Shown one piece after another: positions 13,501-26,615 of a stretch of 64,000 bases of DNA. Location of the stretch: positions 3,410,001-3,474,000 of the forward strand of contig NC_081331.1 of NCBI RefSeq assembly GCF_022539665.2, given 5' to 3'. Both the position numbers and the translations under genes were made by a program. The notes beneath the pieces are model-generated. The model made no database searches. It was not told the DNA's origin and saw only the letters and a list, made by a program, of their open reading frames with translations. Origin of the DNA: Daphnia carinata. Lineage: Eukaryota. How positions within the stretch are numbered: the stretch's first letter is position 1; the number at the start of each line of letters is the position of its first letter.

Positions 13501-16500
13501 CACGCTACGAAAGGATTGAGAACTAGAAAAACAAACCAAAGAAAGTTGAATCCAAAGGGCGTGGTATCTTAAAGCACAACGCGAACATATTTTTCCACAC
13601 GTTGGCATGACGCATGAATTCCTGATCCTGGGGTTGATTCACGTACAGCGATAAAGACACCGTTTTAGTTTTATTCCTCTCTTACACACCTGCAGTTCGC
13701 ATCCTAATTAGTCATCCAAGTTGACAACGGTACCTGCGCCAAAATTAGTTATAGATTAGAGTTTTTCTTATTGGAATCGTTAAGAGAATAATTTAACTCT
13801 TGAAAAGTCTCTAACGTTTTTTTCCCCTGAAAAACGCTGGCCCAGTTCTTCTTCGAGTTGCCATCTAAAAAGAATAGAATTTTTATAGGCATTAATATTG
13901 AATAACCAATCTGATTCCCATTGAGAATGGATTGTCCTTTCATTCGTTTTTTTTTGCAATTTGGATCCTGAATAAATCGCAAGGTAAGCGACCACGCATT
14001 GCTCTTTTCAAAGGATTCTGTGCTACCAGTTGTTTTAAACCAACTAGGTCAGCAGTGGAATCTTCTACCGTTTGTGTATTCGTCGATTATTTAAACAATA
14101 AAAACGAGGAAATCGTGAACCTTGTTTGCATGACCATTATAGCTGCATTGACTTGCCTATGATAATGTAGCACAGCTGATCGAAGTAGCCGTTTTGCTAC
14201 CGACGCAGTGACGTACCATCACTGCTACAGCGCAATGAATTGTATCTAGTACACAGGTGAATCGCCTTATGACTATATTACAATGTACACACTGACATTC
14301 GTTGGAACGCCGAAACGGACGTCCCGGTGGACAATTGCATCGTTTCTCGGTCAGTCAACGCTTATTGACTCTTTCAATACGACATTTAGCGTCCAATTGC
14401 TATTCTGTACCGATAATAATAGCGGAAACTGACAGGTCAACATCCGTCAGCAACTGAATCAACTTCTCAGACATTCCCTTACTTATTTTGCGGGTCTCGT
14501 GACGTCTGACTGTGTTCTGGCATGAAACTAGGCCAATCCACTTGTCAAGTCAACGACGTTATCCAGGGAATTTGGTACCAAGTCTTTCCTCGCATTTCCG
14601 TATATACCGGAACTGTGTTACTGTGTACAAGTCTCGGCTGGTATCGCGTAGCCAATCATTACCTTTTCCAAACGAACATTGATAATGCACAGAACCATTC
14701 AAGTTTAATTGTTTTTTTTTCCAACAGTTGATATTATTGAGAAGTTTTTTATGCCTTGCACAGCTGAAAGGCACTTTTGCCTTTAAAAAAAAAATCTTGG
14801 TTACAAATAATCAGAAAACAAGACGAGATAATGCTGTTCCCTCTATGCTCGCCAGAGAAAGGTTACGTAACGCACCTGATTTATAATCAACTTATGACCT
14901 GCATAGAGTAACGCACGTTCCTGTAAAGCAGAAGTAACAAAAAGAGACTCATCTGGACATTGAGCCTAAGCACTATCATTCACGTTTGAGTTTTGACATT
15001 CTTATTGGCATAATAAAATTCCGCTGTTTGGTATAGATACCATGTTAATGATATGGTAAAGCAAACAACCTCTTTTCGTCAAGGGCATCCAAGGTTCATA
15101 CAAACCTCCTTCAATGAATATCGATTGAAAAATAAGACATGTTTGAAGAAACCCTAAGCTAATAACGGAGCTGACGTTGTAACATACGAACCTTTTGTTG
15201 ACGTTGCTGCATTAGCAGAGATTTGTTTTGCGCCATCAATTTTTTACAGGTAGAAGCCACAACTTTACGGCTTCGGCTGCTTGTGACATGTTTGCCAGTA
15301 AAATAAGTTATGGGGATGTTCGTATACAATAAAAGAAGGATACGATATAAAATAAGATTCAGTTGACAGATTCAGAAAACTAGAGACTTCTATCCGTTGT
15401 AGAAAAAGGATGCTACCTCCACAATACTTCAATCCTACGTCACCGGCTACGTGTTCACAAGCCTATTAAAGAAATGGTATCCTAAGAATTAGTGCCGTAT
15501 ATGGTAACTAGGAAACCTAAATTTTATTGTTGCCGTTAAACAGTTTCATTGTCTTTAATAAGTCAAAATTTGCTTGTCAATAAGCTATGATACGCACAAA
15601 ACTCTCGAATTCGACCGTATAGCAAACAGCGACGAAAGAAGACCCCGGAAGAATCATTACAACCATGATGACCTTTAGACTGCCATCAGAATGAAAAAAT
15701 CAATAAGAATTAGAAGTTATATAACACATATGCCGTCTACATAAGATTATATTTCTAAGCCTAATAGAGATCCTGTTTGGAGTTTGTGTGATCTGGGATT
15801 CCCAAAACTGCAAGAGTGTTGTCATTAAGTTAAAATGATATAAAGTAAACTAATTTTTGTTTTTTGTTTTAACTAATTAAAATAAAATAGTCTGTCTTTC
15901 TATTTCAATTCCAAATTCGGCCTTGGAGTTGTTCTTGAAATAGAAGCACGTAGTCCACCGCTCCATCCTTTCGGTACGGCTGAGCTTCAGCTGGTAAGTA
16001 ATGCATGGTGCAAATAGCTAATCAGAATGGTTGGTCAAGATTAAAAACTGCTCTTGTACTGCGTCCACAGATTAGATCCTAGAAAACATGTACTTCTTAA
16101 TATTGTACACGCAGAATCAAAACATTCGTAAAGGTAACTGAATACGATTCAAGTGTTATTTCGCAAAATGGGTCAAGATAAATATGAAATTGCGTACACG
16201 AATGAACTTTTGAAACAAAAAAGTCTCAGTATCTCGGGGTCCTTTAGAACGTGATAGCCTACTTGTTGGAAATGCTGTGCTCGATCTGTAATGTGAGAAA
16301 GAAAAGAACAGGTCTGATGATATTTTTAAAAGTAACATGTATCTACTGCGTCTACCACGGCAATCTTTTCAACTGTACTACATCAACTGACTTCCGGTTC
16401 CCGCAGGAACAATACTGTGTCAATACATCTGTGTATCCTTTTGAACTCATGCAAGCGTAATGGCGAAAAGATAATTTGTAATGATCGTTTTCTGAACGGT

Positions 16501-17396
16501 TTTCTCTGTCTGGTTGTTCTATTTGCAGATTGATACTATAGAAAGGTAACTTCTCTTTAACATTTAACCCCATACGAAGGGAGTAAGCCAACCAAAAAAC
16601 ATGTGTTCCCATTCAATTAAAGTTTTATAAAAAAAAATAGTGAAAAAAAACCATTAGAAAGCTCTTCTACTGTATGAACACCTAAGCAAGTTTGAGATTC
16701 TCTGTAGAACGACTCTATGGTCCCCACAAATCATATCACAGAATACGTAATTGGGTAACTCCTTATGAATGAAGACACGGGGGAGAGAAATGGCAAACGG
16801 AAGTTGTATCTCTTACAAGAGGGGTGAAACACCTTCCTATTGTACACGTCTATGTTAAGACTATACAGTGCACATAAGTGTTTTCAAAGAAAACAAAATG
16901 CACAGCAAATATACTATTCTTAGATGAATTATTAGGTGACTAAAACCGTACGTGCGCCATACATCCACGTGTAGCTTCTTCATTCAGACACAGGTTGTGT
17001 GCCATAGCATACAAAATTCATGTTTGTCTGGCTTTTTCAGCTCAGTAAAGTAAATGCGCTACAAAAAATGATTTTTAGTTTCATTCGCTTTTTTTACATG
17101 TTTCGAATGCAAAATAGCTCTAAAAACAATTCTTAGACGTTTAGTAAAACGAAAGGCAATAATAATCAAGGTAATGACAATTTTTTATTTTTATAAAAAT
17201 TATTTTTTACCTACCGGACATTTTTCTAAAGAATGACAAACACGGACGCATCAGAAAAACAATAATGTCGGTTAAGTCAAAACTTGCGATTATATGAGCA
17301 TGAAATTTCAGAAATTCAGCAATAGAAAACTAAATCAAAACTCAAAAATGTCTCATGATTTGAACTATCTGTTCCTGTAGGAGGTAATGTAGGCGT

Positions 17397-18473
17397 TTAG
17401 TCAATGTAATGCCGTTCCCGGTTTTCGGGTCTATCGCGACGCGATCTGCTCTCTCGACGTCTATCATCGTAGCGCGATCTACTCCTGCTATGTTCGTCCC
17501 AGCGGCGACGTTTCCCGTCTTCATCAATGTCTATATAGTCTCGTCTACTAGATCGGTGGTCATTTCTGTGAAAACGTCTAGTTTCTCGCAAATCATTACA
17601 AGACGCTCTAGACCTCGCCTCACTTCCTCCATCCTCTTGCCTATCCCGATGATTTTCGGGCTTGTCTGAATGCGAATATCTTGCTTTTTTGTCATCCCGG
17701 TCATATTCCTGCCTGCTAGGATTGAAGCTACTGTTACTGCTTTTCCTTCGTTTATTAATGCCACTTTCCTCATGGGAAGATTTATGCCTGCTATTAGCGT
17801 GATCTGAAAAACAAAACAATGATTTTTGAAAAACTAAATAGTTAATATATTTTCTTCTTTTACCTGTTTCTTGATGTAATGGTATAGCTATATCATTACA
17901 TTGTACATTCAAGATAGCTGAAGTTGGAACAAAGTCTCTGTTTGGCAAACCAGCTTCATCAAAGCGCAAATGGCAAGGCACCATAGGTGGAGTCATAACA
18001 AGGCCATAATTGAGCATGTTTCTTATTGGTGGATACATAAGGTCTGTTAAGAATGGCGGCCTGTAAAACAATTGAGAGGCTTGCATGGGGAAATTCATCA
18101 TAACTGGAAGACTGCTCGTGCGATGCATCCCTGACATCTGTCCAGTAGGTGGGTGTCCTGGATTGTTCTGTTTTCTCCGTTTGAGCTGAAGTTCCTGGCC
18201 AAAAAGGGTAGTGTGATGAAAAAGTTGAATGGCATAATCCACTGAACACTCATGCTGATACTCGATAAATCCAAATGATTTAGATTCACCTTGAAGAGTC
18301 TTTGGGATCTTTACGGATTTCAACGGCCCTGCCTGTAAACCACTAAGATCAGAACTCGTTTAAAATAATTTGAAACTTGGCGGTCATACCTGTAAAAAAA
18401 GTTCATACAGTAGTTCCTCTGTTACTTTGGGTGATAAGCTCCCGCAATAAATAGTGCACAATTCCGAATCCAT
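17397..18473 (-). CDS. RBM7: RBM7/RBM11-family RRM protein with Arg/Asp/Ser-rich tail (exons about 18473-18390, 18332-17864, 17803-17397)
   Basis: MDSELCTIYCGSLSPKVTEELLYELFLQ-AGPLKSVKIPK...KSFGFIEYQHECSVDYAIQLFHHTTLFGQEL is the RBM7/11 N-terminal RRM pattern. C-terminus is RS/RD-rich. Confidence 0.82.
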
Positions 18474-19218
18474 TATTGAAATATAGCTGAAACTACTAGG
18501 ACATGTAAAATAAATTGGATATAGCACAAAAAAGAGATCAGACTTCGATTCACACTAGCACGGGCGTCGTTGGCTTGTTCCGTCTGCTTGTTTTCTCTAA
18601 ATAAAAGGCCCCCTGGCGTAGTGTAAAAGCAACGTAGGAATATCTTTTCCGACTCAAGATAATTGATTTATTGATTAATCATTAATGTTTATCTTTTTAT
18701 TTGATATGAAATTGTATAGTATTAGAAAATTGGTTAAAAACAATTGTAGTTTCTTTGACAGCGATGTTCCATTCAACGCTGTGGATATTTTATACAGATA
18801 TAATCGTCTCTCTTTGCAATCCCAACTATGATAAAACTACTAAATCGAGTGACTTGAAACAGTTTTTTTCTTGCCACAAAAATATTTGGCCGGGACAAAA
18901 TGTCAGCCGGAACCAATATTTCCAGCGTAGCGTTGACGGTCTTCATTCGTCATCCCGCTGCAAAATAGTACATTTTCTCGTGCAACGTAAAGAATTCAAT
19001 TAATTTTTGATTGAATTCCGATAAGCAAAACAAGTAAAAGAAAGGCGACTAGAAACACTTTAGCTTGCTCTTTTTGTCCTTTGCTCAAAGCTGCACTCCT
19101 TGGCTATACAATCGAAGGGTGAATTGGCTACCAAAAAGTTCCAATTCAAGTTGCTCAATTTGGTCGATGGCAACAGAACTGTGGAGAGCAAGAAATTCAA
19201 ACTCCTATGGAGATCAAA

Positions 19219-22200
19219 TCATCGCAAAATATTCCACAGATCTTTCGAGAACACTTCTACGGTCTCGTCATCACGCAAAACATTTAAGGATTTCAGACTT
19301 GAAACGTAAAATATCAGCTCAGAAGTCACCAATCTAAAATAATAAATTCAGTGAGAATATCTCAATGTGTTTCGATATATGAACGTGGAATAATTAAATG
19401 GTACCCGTGCTGTGGACCACCGTTGTTTTGAACACCGTGCTTCGCTATATGGTGCTGCAATGACTTTTTAAGTGATACGTTGAATTTACTGTAGAAGTTT
19501 TGGACATCATGGCTTGGCCAGATGGGGTTGATAGCTTCATGCAGTTTAGCCATTTGCTTGCTTATCGCCCGAAAAGCAACGGATGGGACTGGAGGTTTAA
19601 TCTCCCATGTAGAGAGATGGCTTTCCGCCATCTCAATTAAGAGGGTGAGTAATTTGCTTTCAATTTCCGCTATGTGATCGGTGAAGTCCTATGGTTTTCC
19701 AATAGTATTTCTTAAAAACGGTTGGCACGCAACGACAAAATATTGTTACCTTATGGGCTTGATCAAAATGTTTGATCATTGTTTTCTGTTTCGGTGCAAG
19801 TCTCTCCTTGAAGTGGTCCTTCAGTAATGGAATGAATAAAGCAATCAACTGTAGACTGCGAGATGCTAACGCTAAATTGCGACTTGAAATCGTTTTCAAC
19901 CCGACCAAAGGAAGTGCACCAGCTCCAAGCACTAACTGGCAGGTACGTGAATTGAAGGTTTTCAATAACTCTACCAAACGAGTGAGCAAATCCGGAGCCG
20001 CAGTAGGAAGGTTGTCCACGCAATTGCAGTACTCAAGTAGTTGAGGCAGAAAGAATAGAGCTGCGCCTACCACTACGTACGATTCACCATTGACTATGAT
20101 CTTGTCTTTCCGATCTTCTTCCACGTTGGAAACTGGTCGGCTTTCGGGACAGGTAACAGAACGAAAGAAGCAGTCGACGGTTTCTTGGATATCAGGGGTT
20201 ATTTCGGCTTGCCTCCAGCGTTCACTGTCCAAGACAGCTCCTAATTTAGAGCGCCGCTCTTCGTGGAATTTTTGAACGAAACGTGTAGCTTGTCCCTTTA
20301 GAAAAATACTCATTAAATGCCTAGTTCTTTAAGCATGAAAAATACCTTTACCTGAAACGCCAATTTCAAACCGATGGCTTTGTGTCCACTTATCTTTTGA
20401 CAATCCAAGACGAAAGCCTCAATTAACTTCGCAAGAGCCACAAATTCTTGGGATGAGACTCTTTCCAACAACGCTCCATCTTTCGTACGTGAGGACAACA
20501 GACGTCCGCATTGGTCATGAGCCGAATCACAAAGTGATTCTAGCATTTCTTTTAATGACTGTTGAAGCCTTTGACGATCATCTTCTGTTACCACAACCTA
20601 CAACGTCATAACCAGTAATTTTTTTTTCCCCAGCGAGCACATTCAAAATAAAAGATACCTCGTCTTGGCGACTAGTTTCTGTGGCAAGTACATGGGCCAT
20701 GATATCATGAATTGCTTGAATCCGATTAAGTAAAGAAACTAAACTAGTCATACACCGTTGCATCAAATTGGTCCAAGATACAAAGTTCAAATGTTTGAGC
20801 TGCTCGAAGAGCATGGAACCTCTTTCGACATCGGTGTCGTTCGCCGCAAGAGCTTCAACTATAGTTTGTTTCATCAAGGCTTTCATGGCAGTCAAGCCTT
20901 CGTCTGCGATAAATCAATTGTTACCTGTTAGCCGATCAGGAAAACGTGAAAAATAGTACCTTTGAATAGCTCAATAAAGTTGTAACGTCTCTGCCGTAAC
21001 ATTCCGTATAAAACAGAAGTCAACCTATCTTCTTCTGTAACTAGTATGTCTTCGTTGAGGGGTCGATTAAGCTCGGCAGTAGTGAGTCGTTCAAACTCAT
21101 TTGATAGCAAACTTTCGATTAAATTTTCCATTTCTTTTAACTGCGAACTTAGATAGCGGAAAGAGTGAACGCTCATCAGTTCTTGCTGGACAACCTCTTG
21201 CGTGGTACTGATAAGATCTAATGCACCGACGAAATCCGATGTTGAAAGAAGAAGCTGTATTGTCGGCTGAGTTTGGTGTACTGTCGCCATTAGTTTTAGT
21301 TTACGATAAACCATCGCGTAATTCTGTCGGGCAACTTGGCACTGTAAAACTGGGGAAAAATATAGCATGAGGGAAGTAGCATGGATTTAAAACAATGTAG
21401 ATATGGGACTGACCTTTTAAAGATCCTTGAACATGTGTGACATCAACGTGTTTGACTTTAAGTCTTAGTGCTTTAACTGCCGTTAGCGCTTTGCCCAGTT
21501 CTTCGCGTACAGCATCATGCGAAGCAACTGCCTGAAAAAAGTCGTCTGACTTGTGTGATATTTGATGAGCTATTTGCATCTCAATCAAGTCAAGGTAATA
21601 GCTTAATTTCTCCTGGAGGGTTTTCCCGGTCCCCAAAACATGCGACAATCCCGATTCTCGAATGAACGGGAATACTTTGAGGAACGTATCTGGTTGGCTG
21701 AGGTTAAAAGTAGGCTGCAAAAATGCTTGTGGAATAGCACTCAGGTCACCCTCATTCACATCTGCTTACAGAAAAATAAATTAAGTAAATAATAAATAAG
21801 TAAATAATAAATAAATAAACTTAAAAAATAGATAAAAAATAAATGAATAAAAATAATAATAATAATAAATAATAACAATAATAAGTAACAAAAAATATTT
21901 TAAACACTATTTTAAAAGAATGAAAATACAACAGCAATTGGATTACCAAGAGACTTGGGTATTGATCTTGTTGGAATATCTTCAATAGTTGATGTTACAC
22001 TAGATTTTTTCGGAGACTTTTTGTATCTTTTGCATATCTTTTTAAGGTAGGGTGTGAAGTAAGCCTCATCAACAATTGGAAGCAATGTGCTTTCAGGTAT
22101 AACAGTGTTTTCAACAAAGCCATCTCCCCATGTTCTAGTAAAGAAATCTTTTTGCTTGCCTTTTTTGGGATCATTTAAAATTGCTGCCATATTTTGGCAT

Positions 22201-22729
22201 GCTGCATTGACATTCCAGGCAGGTCCATCAGACAACAGACTTAGCCTGTAGAGATGTCCTTGAAGTGGAGACGGGGTCATTCCACACAAAATGCCTGTAT
22301 ATGGTGAAAAACTTGCTAGGTTATTATTTGCTCTTAAAGGATGAATGCTGTTGATATACCTAATTCTTTTCCTCCATCCTGAGATTTTGTGTGGTGTTTT
22401 GTTACATGATCTTCATAGTCCTTGTCACTTACCCCTTCAACAGGTAATGACGTACAGACACCATTGTACCCATAACGGCAAACAAATGAGCCCCCTTCCT
22501 GACTACAATGGTTGTCTCTCAAGTGCCTAAATATGTATATTAAAAAATACAGTAAATAGTATTCAACTTTATTTTAAAAAGAGATGAAATATTGTCTTTT
22601 TTACTTTGTGAATTCTGCCGAGGTTTTGAATGTCTTATTGAGGCAATAGCTACAACTTTTCCATGTCAGCGAATTACTACCACTTGACAAGGAATTTACA
22701 GGATCGGCGTTTGTTTTTGAGAGGGCCAT
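19219..22729 (-). CDS. VPS54: GARP complex subunit VPS54 (multi-exon)
   Basis: Exons encode QNMAAILNDPKKGKQKDFFTRTWG, LQEKLSYYLDLIEMQIAHQISHKSDDFFQA, TVHQTQPTIQLLLSTSDFVGALDLI, FNSRTCQLVLGAGALPLVGLKTISSRNLALASRSLQL and WEIKPPVPSVAFRAISKQMAKLHEAI, all recognisable VPS54 blocks. Last exon ends DLWNILR*. Confidence 0.95.
21775..21890. repeat. (AAAT/AAT)n low-complexity microsatellite in a VPS54 intron
   Basis: Run of aataaataaataataataat-type units. Confidence 0.8.
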
Positions 22730-23566
22730 AACGAGTCGACGGTTGAACGAAGTAATACGGAATGAAATTAGAGCAACCGATTAACTTCCCTTAGAAAATC
22801 AGCCGCTGGCATTTGTAGTACACAATAGAGGTGTCTTTTTGAAAAATCTAATAAATTAGTGAAATGAAACAATGAATATGGCAACGATAAATAAATAACT
22901 CCTAATATTTGTTTCCTGTCGTCAGCTTGCCAACAGACCAATACTACTAAACATTTAAGCCAGTTCTAACTCACGTTGCGCCCTGACAATTAATTTCGGC
23001 CCCGCGTCCAATGGGGATTTTCTCGGCTAAAAATGGGGTCTGGTGGGTAACGATTCTTAAGACTTTGTGGTACCTACCCGGGTTTCACATGGGTACCCCA
23101 ATTTCAAAACCAACTCCATTACACGGTTATAATTATAAATAATTATACTTGATTTTTAAAATTACATTTTAACTTTCCTGTATTTAGTGTTATCTAATAT
23201 TATCTTTTTATCGCTTCACAAGTAATAAAAATGTCCAAACGAAAGATCCAAAGTTTTAGTGCAGTTCTAACAGGTTGATCTCCCAATGGGTGTTTAGGTA
23301 ACCATCCGGGTTTAAGCCGGTGCCAGAAGAATAAAAAAAACCGGTTAAAAAACCCGATTACACTGTCATGTAACTAGGTAGTCTAACATACACTACATTG
23401 TATTTTATATTTTACGTTAATTAACTACCCTTTTTGCAAGTCTGTGGAAGCTATTATCAATTACACTGGATATTATTTCGAAACAAACTGCGTTAAAAGT
23501 ATCTACCCAGATCATATTTGATTGGTTATTTTTCGGGAAGTTCGATGCAGTAATACTGGGAAAATT

Positions 23567-24000
23567 TAGAAGCATACCAACACAAGTACGCATACAAAAC
23601 CGTTGCCATTTAAAATTTTAAAACGTTGCCGTAAGAAAATTTAAATTCGAAATCCGTGTAAAATGTTGTTGTCTGCTATTGCAGACGAAGTCTCCCATTT
23701 GATAATTGGATAAGTTTGAGTTTTTTATTTTCTTTCTGCCATGTGAAAGGTAAAAAGATTGTTTTTTTTAATGTAATTCGCCGCCCATCCGTTTTTTCCC
23801 GGGGTAGTGTTTTTACATGGATACCGTCACAGTGCACAAGGTTTCAAAGATAAACCTGGCTCACTCAAGAAGCATGCAAAATTAGTGTACATTGGTGCCT
23901 CATCTTTTTCAGCCAGTTCAGCTTTCCAAGATGAAAGCATGGAAAACATACAGGCAATTCCTGCAAATGAAAAAGATGAAGAACAGAGATGTTGTTTTAG
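23567..24000 (+). pseudogene. OVCA2: Truncated OVCA2/FSH1 serine hydrolase copy 1 (promoter plus first two exons)
   Basis: ATG TGA at 23741 (stop in codon 2), then VFLHGYRHSAQGFKDKPGSLKKHAKLVYIGA. This is a direct repeat of about 26455-26860. It ends before the GFSQG nucleophile motif. Confidence 0.8.
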
Positions 24001-24452
24001 ATTATTCTAATAATCTTGACTGAATTTCAGTTTAGGTAATAATAGTTTTCTTTTATATTGCTCAGTGTGTGTCGGTTAAAGTTTGAACAAGATTGATTGT
24101 CTGTTAAGCCCATTTCTTGTTACTAGTGCAGAGGGAGAAGGATAATTGAATAACAATTGAGAACATGAAATGTTATTTTATTTAAATTTTATTGAATACC
24201 CAAATTGTGAATTTTGAGTATGGTTTAGTCGAGAAGTAAAATTTTGTGGCCAAGAGACATATGTAAAGAAAGGTATTTACAGTATGTACAAGACAAAATC
24301 ACACAAAGAAACATCAATGCATCACATATTAAAACTGGGAATTTTATGGTTTGAGGGATCAAACAGAACAATTTTGTGAGTATCAGTACAGAAAGATATT
24401 ACCAGTATGTACAAGATGAACCAAACAGAGAGATGGCGTCAAAAGTGAAAAT

Positions 24453-26078
24453 TTAGACCTTTTGAATTCTCTGCTCTTTGAACAGACGAAGACAGTTGCC
24501 TAATTTTCCACGCAAAACGCATTTGCCATCGGATCCCTCTTCGGTGATGTCAACAAAATATGTCTGCCACAATTTCTTTCTTCGTTGAGGAGTCAGTGAT
24601 CCCACGAAGCCAACACCAATTTCTACCATGGCAGGTAAGCCGTGTACAATTTGTTTAGCAACGTTGCGGCGCGATTCTCGGCTTCCTTGTGTAATGAACA
24701 CTCGAACTTTGCCGCTAGGTCCTCTTGGTGGCGTAACGACTACTCTTACGCCGTGCGCCTCCTGAAATACCTTGATGTTCTTCCCTTCTCTGCCGATGAT
24801 ATGGCCGTAATTCTCACCTCCAATTTGCAGCAATTGGTAGCTATCAGGTAACTCCTTTTCATCCACGGCATCGATAACTTTGAAAGTGTAAGATCCTGCT
24901 TTAGGCAGAGGCTCCTGTTTCGCTGGAGCTGGTGTCATGGGCTTACCTTCTGCGATAGGATCTTGCTTTGGGCTGCTGTTAACCTCAATTCCCCCGGAAG
25001 ATTCCAGCGTGACGGTATATCCTTGAATATCTGTGTTTCTGTAACGGATATCCATACAAGGAAATATTGGAACTTCGGGTTTTTTAGCGACCTTCTCATA
25101 GTGCGGAACTGATTGCGCGAGGGACGGAGCAGCGAAGTCCTGCACGTCAGCTTGGTGAGATGGGCGCGCAGACTCGTCGACAGAGGGCACGGTGTTGTCA
25201 TCACAAACACTCAGTTCTTGATCCGGCACCTCAGGTTTCGCATTTTCCACCTGAGCAGCTACAGGTTTCTCCGACATGACGGGACTCGACTTGGTGGCCC
25301 ACTCTTGTACGCTCCTTTCCAGTTCGGCAATCTTGTTGCTTTGGCAACCGTTTACTAGTTCGAGTTCTGAAATCTTCGCTACGCTAGTGTCAAGACGAGC
25401 AGCAAGTTCCAGCAACCCTTTGCCGTGGGAATCAAGTGCAACTTGCAGGTTCTGTACATTGGACAGTGCTCCCTGCAACCTGCATTGAACATCACGGACT
25501 TCTTCAGCCAGAATGCCATTCTTCATGACGACTTCGTCTCTTTCAGCTGTTACGTTGATCAAATCAGTTGAAATCAGGTCAACTTGATTCTGGAGACGAG
25601 CATTGTCCAACTGTAGCACGAATTTTTGCTGACACAGGTCTTCGTGCAGCGCAATCGCATCGCGATTTGCGATTCGGAGATCATCAAGTTTTCGCTCGTA
25701 CATCTGTTGCTGAGTGTTGTGTTCGTGAAGAAGACTTGCACTCTTTGTTTGCAGATAACAGCGCATTGATGTCTCCTTAGACAGCTCTTCGGATAATTTC
25801 TTCGCATTCAGAGTGGCTTCATCCCTTTCCTGCGTGATACGCAACACATCTTCGTACAACTGAGCAAGCTTAGCCTCAAGGTCTTCATTTGAAATTTTGC
25901 TTGAAGATGATGGTTCATCGTTGATGTCGACAGGCAAAGTAAAGGGATCGACAGAACTTTTCCCTTTCAAGTCGTCAACACCAATCGAAGAAACTGAGTC
26001 ACGTCTTGTGCTGGTATACAGATGGTAAGTCGCTAAAGCTGACACACCTGCAGCAATTCCGTAAATTAATCGGCTCAT
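24453..26078 (-). CDS. Intronless 541-aa protein: N-terminal hydrophobic anchor, long coiled coil, Pro-rich linker, C-terminal KH domain
   Basis: Single uninterrupted ORF. MSRLIYGIAAGVSALATYHLY at the N-terminus, heptad-rich segment at about aa 65-262, and KH GxxG motif in YGHIIGREGKNIKVFQEAHGVRV. AATAAA signals on the minus strand at about 24177-24193. Confidence 0.85.
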   Translation of the reverse strand: MSRLIYGIAAGVSALATYHLYTSTRRDSVSSIGVDDLKGKSSVDPFTLPVDINDEPSSSSKISNEDLEAKLAQLYEDVLRITQERDEATLNAKKLSEELSKETSMRCYLQTKSASLLHEHNTQQQMYERKLDDLRIANRDAIALHEDLCQQKFVLQLDNARLQNQVDLISTDLINVTAERDEVVMKNGILAEEVRDVQCRLQGALSNVQNLQVALDSHGKGLLELAARLDTSVAKISELELVNGCQSNKIAELERSVQEWATKSSPVMSEKPVAAQVENAKPEVPDQELSVCDDNTVPSVDESARPSHQADVQDFAAPSLAQSVPHYEKVAKKPEVPIFPCMDIRYRNTDIQGYTVTLESSGGIEVNSSPKQDPIAEGKPMTPAPAKQEPLPKAGSYTFKVIDAVDEKELPDSYQLLQIGGENYGHIIGREGKNIKVFQEAHGVRVVVTPPRGPSGKVRVFITQGSRESRRNVAKQIVHGLPAMVEIGVGFVGSLTPQRRKKLWQTYFVDITEEGSDGKCVLRGKLGNCLRLFKEQRIQKV

Positions 26079-26615
26079 TTTGGCTTTGAAAATTCACTTA
26101 GACACTCAACAATTTTACACAGAGATTTGAGAAATTCACTTAGAAACTCGGGAAATTCCGTTGGAAACTGAGAAGTTCACTGAGCAGACAGTTTAAAATA
26201 ACTGTGAATAAATTTAAAGAAACGCTATTATTCTCCCATTATGTTGTCCAGGCTAGGAGAGTAGTGAGATAACAAAGCCTCGAGCCAGTAATTTTCACTA
26301 TTTTCAAAATTAAATATTAAAAAAAATAGCATCTGCTGATTGTTTTTCGTATTTTGTTAATTGAACGAACCTAGTTCAATCGTATAATTTAAATATTAAG
26401 GTTTTGTTTTTTTATTAAACCATTTATATTGATGACCCATGATTGTCATAATGATAGAAGCATACCAATACCAGCACGTATACAAACCCTTGCCATTTAA
26501 AATTTTGAACCGTTACCGCAAAAACATCTTGAATTCCAAGTCAGTGTAAAAAAATGTTGTCTGCTTGGATATTGGATTACTGCATGAGTTTGAGTTTTTT
26601 GTTTTCTGTTCTGTC

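Noticed and set aside
15900..16460. Exon-like blocks on the minus strand (...PYRKDGAVDYVLLFQEQLQGRIWN*)
   Set aside because: Fragmentary with stops; no family assignable by eye.
22960..23400. Short inverted motifs (AACCCGG/CCGGGTT) and a CAGTGT-like end upstream of VPS54
   Set aside because: Possibly a MITE remnant, but no matching second terminus or TSD was found.
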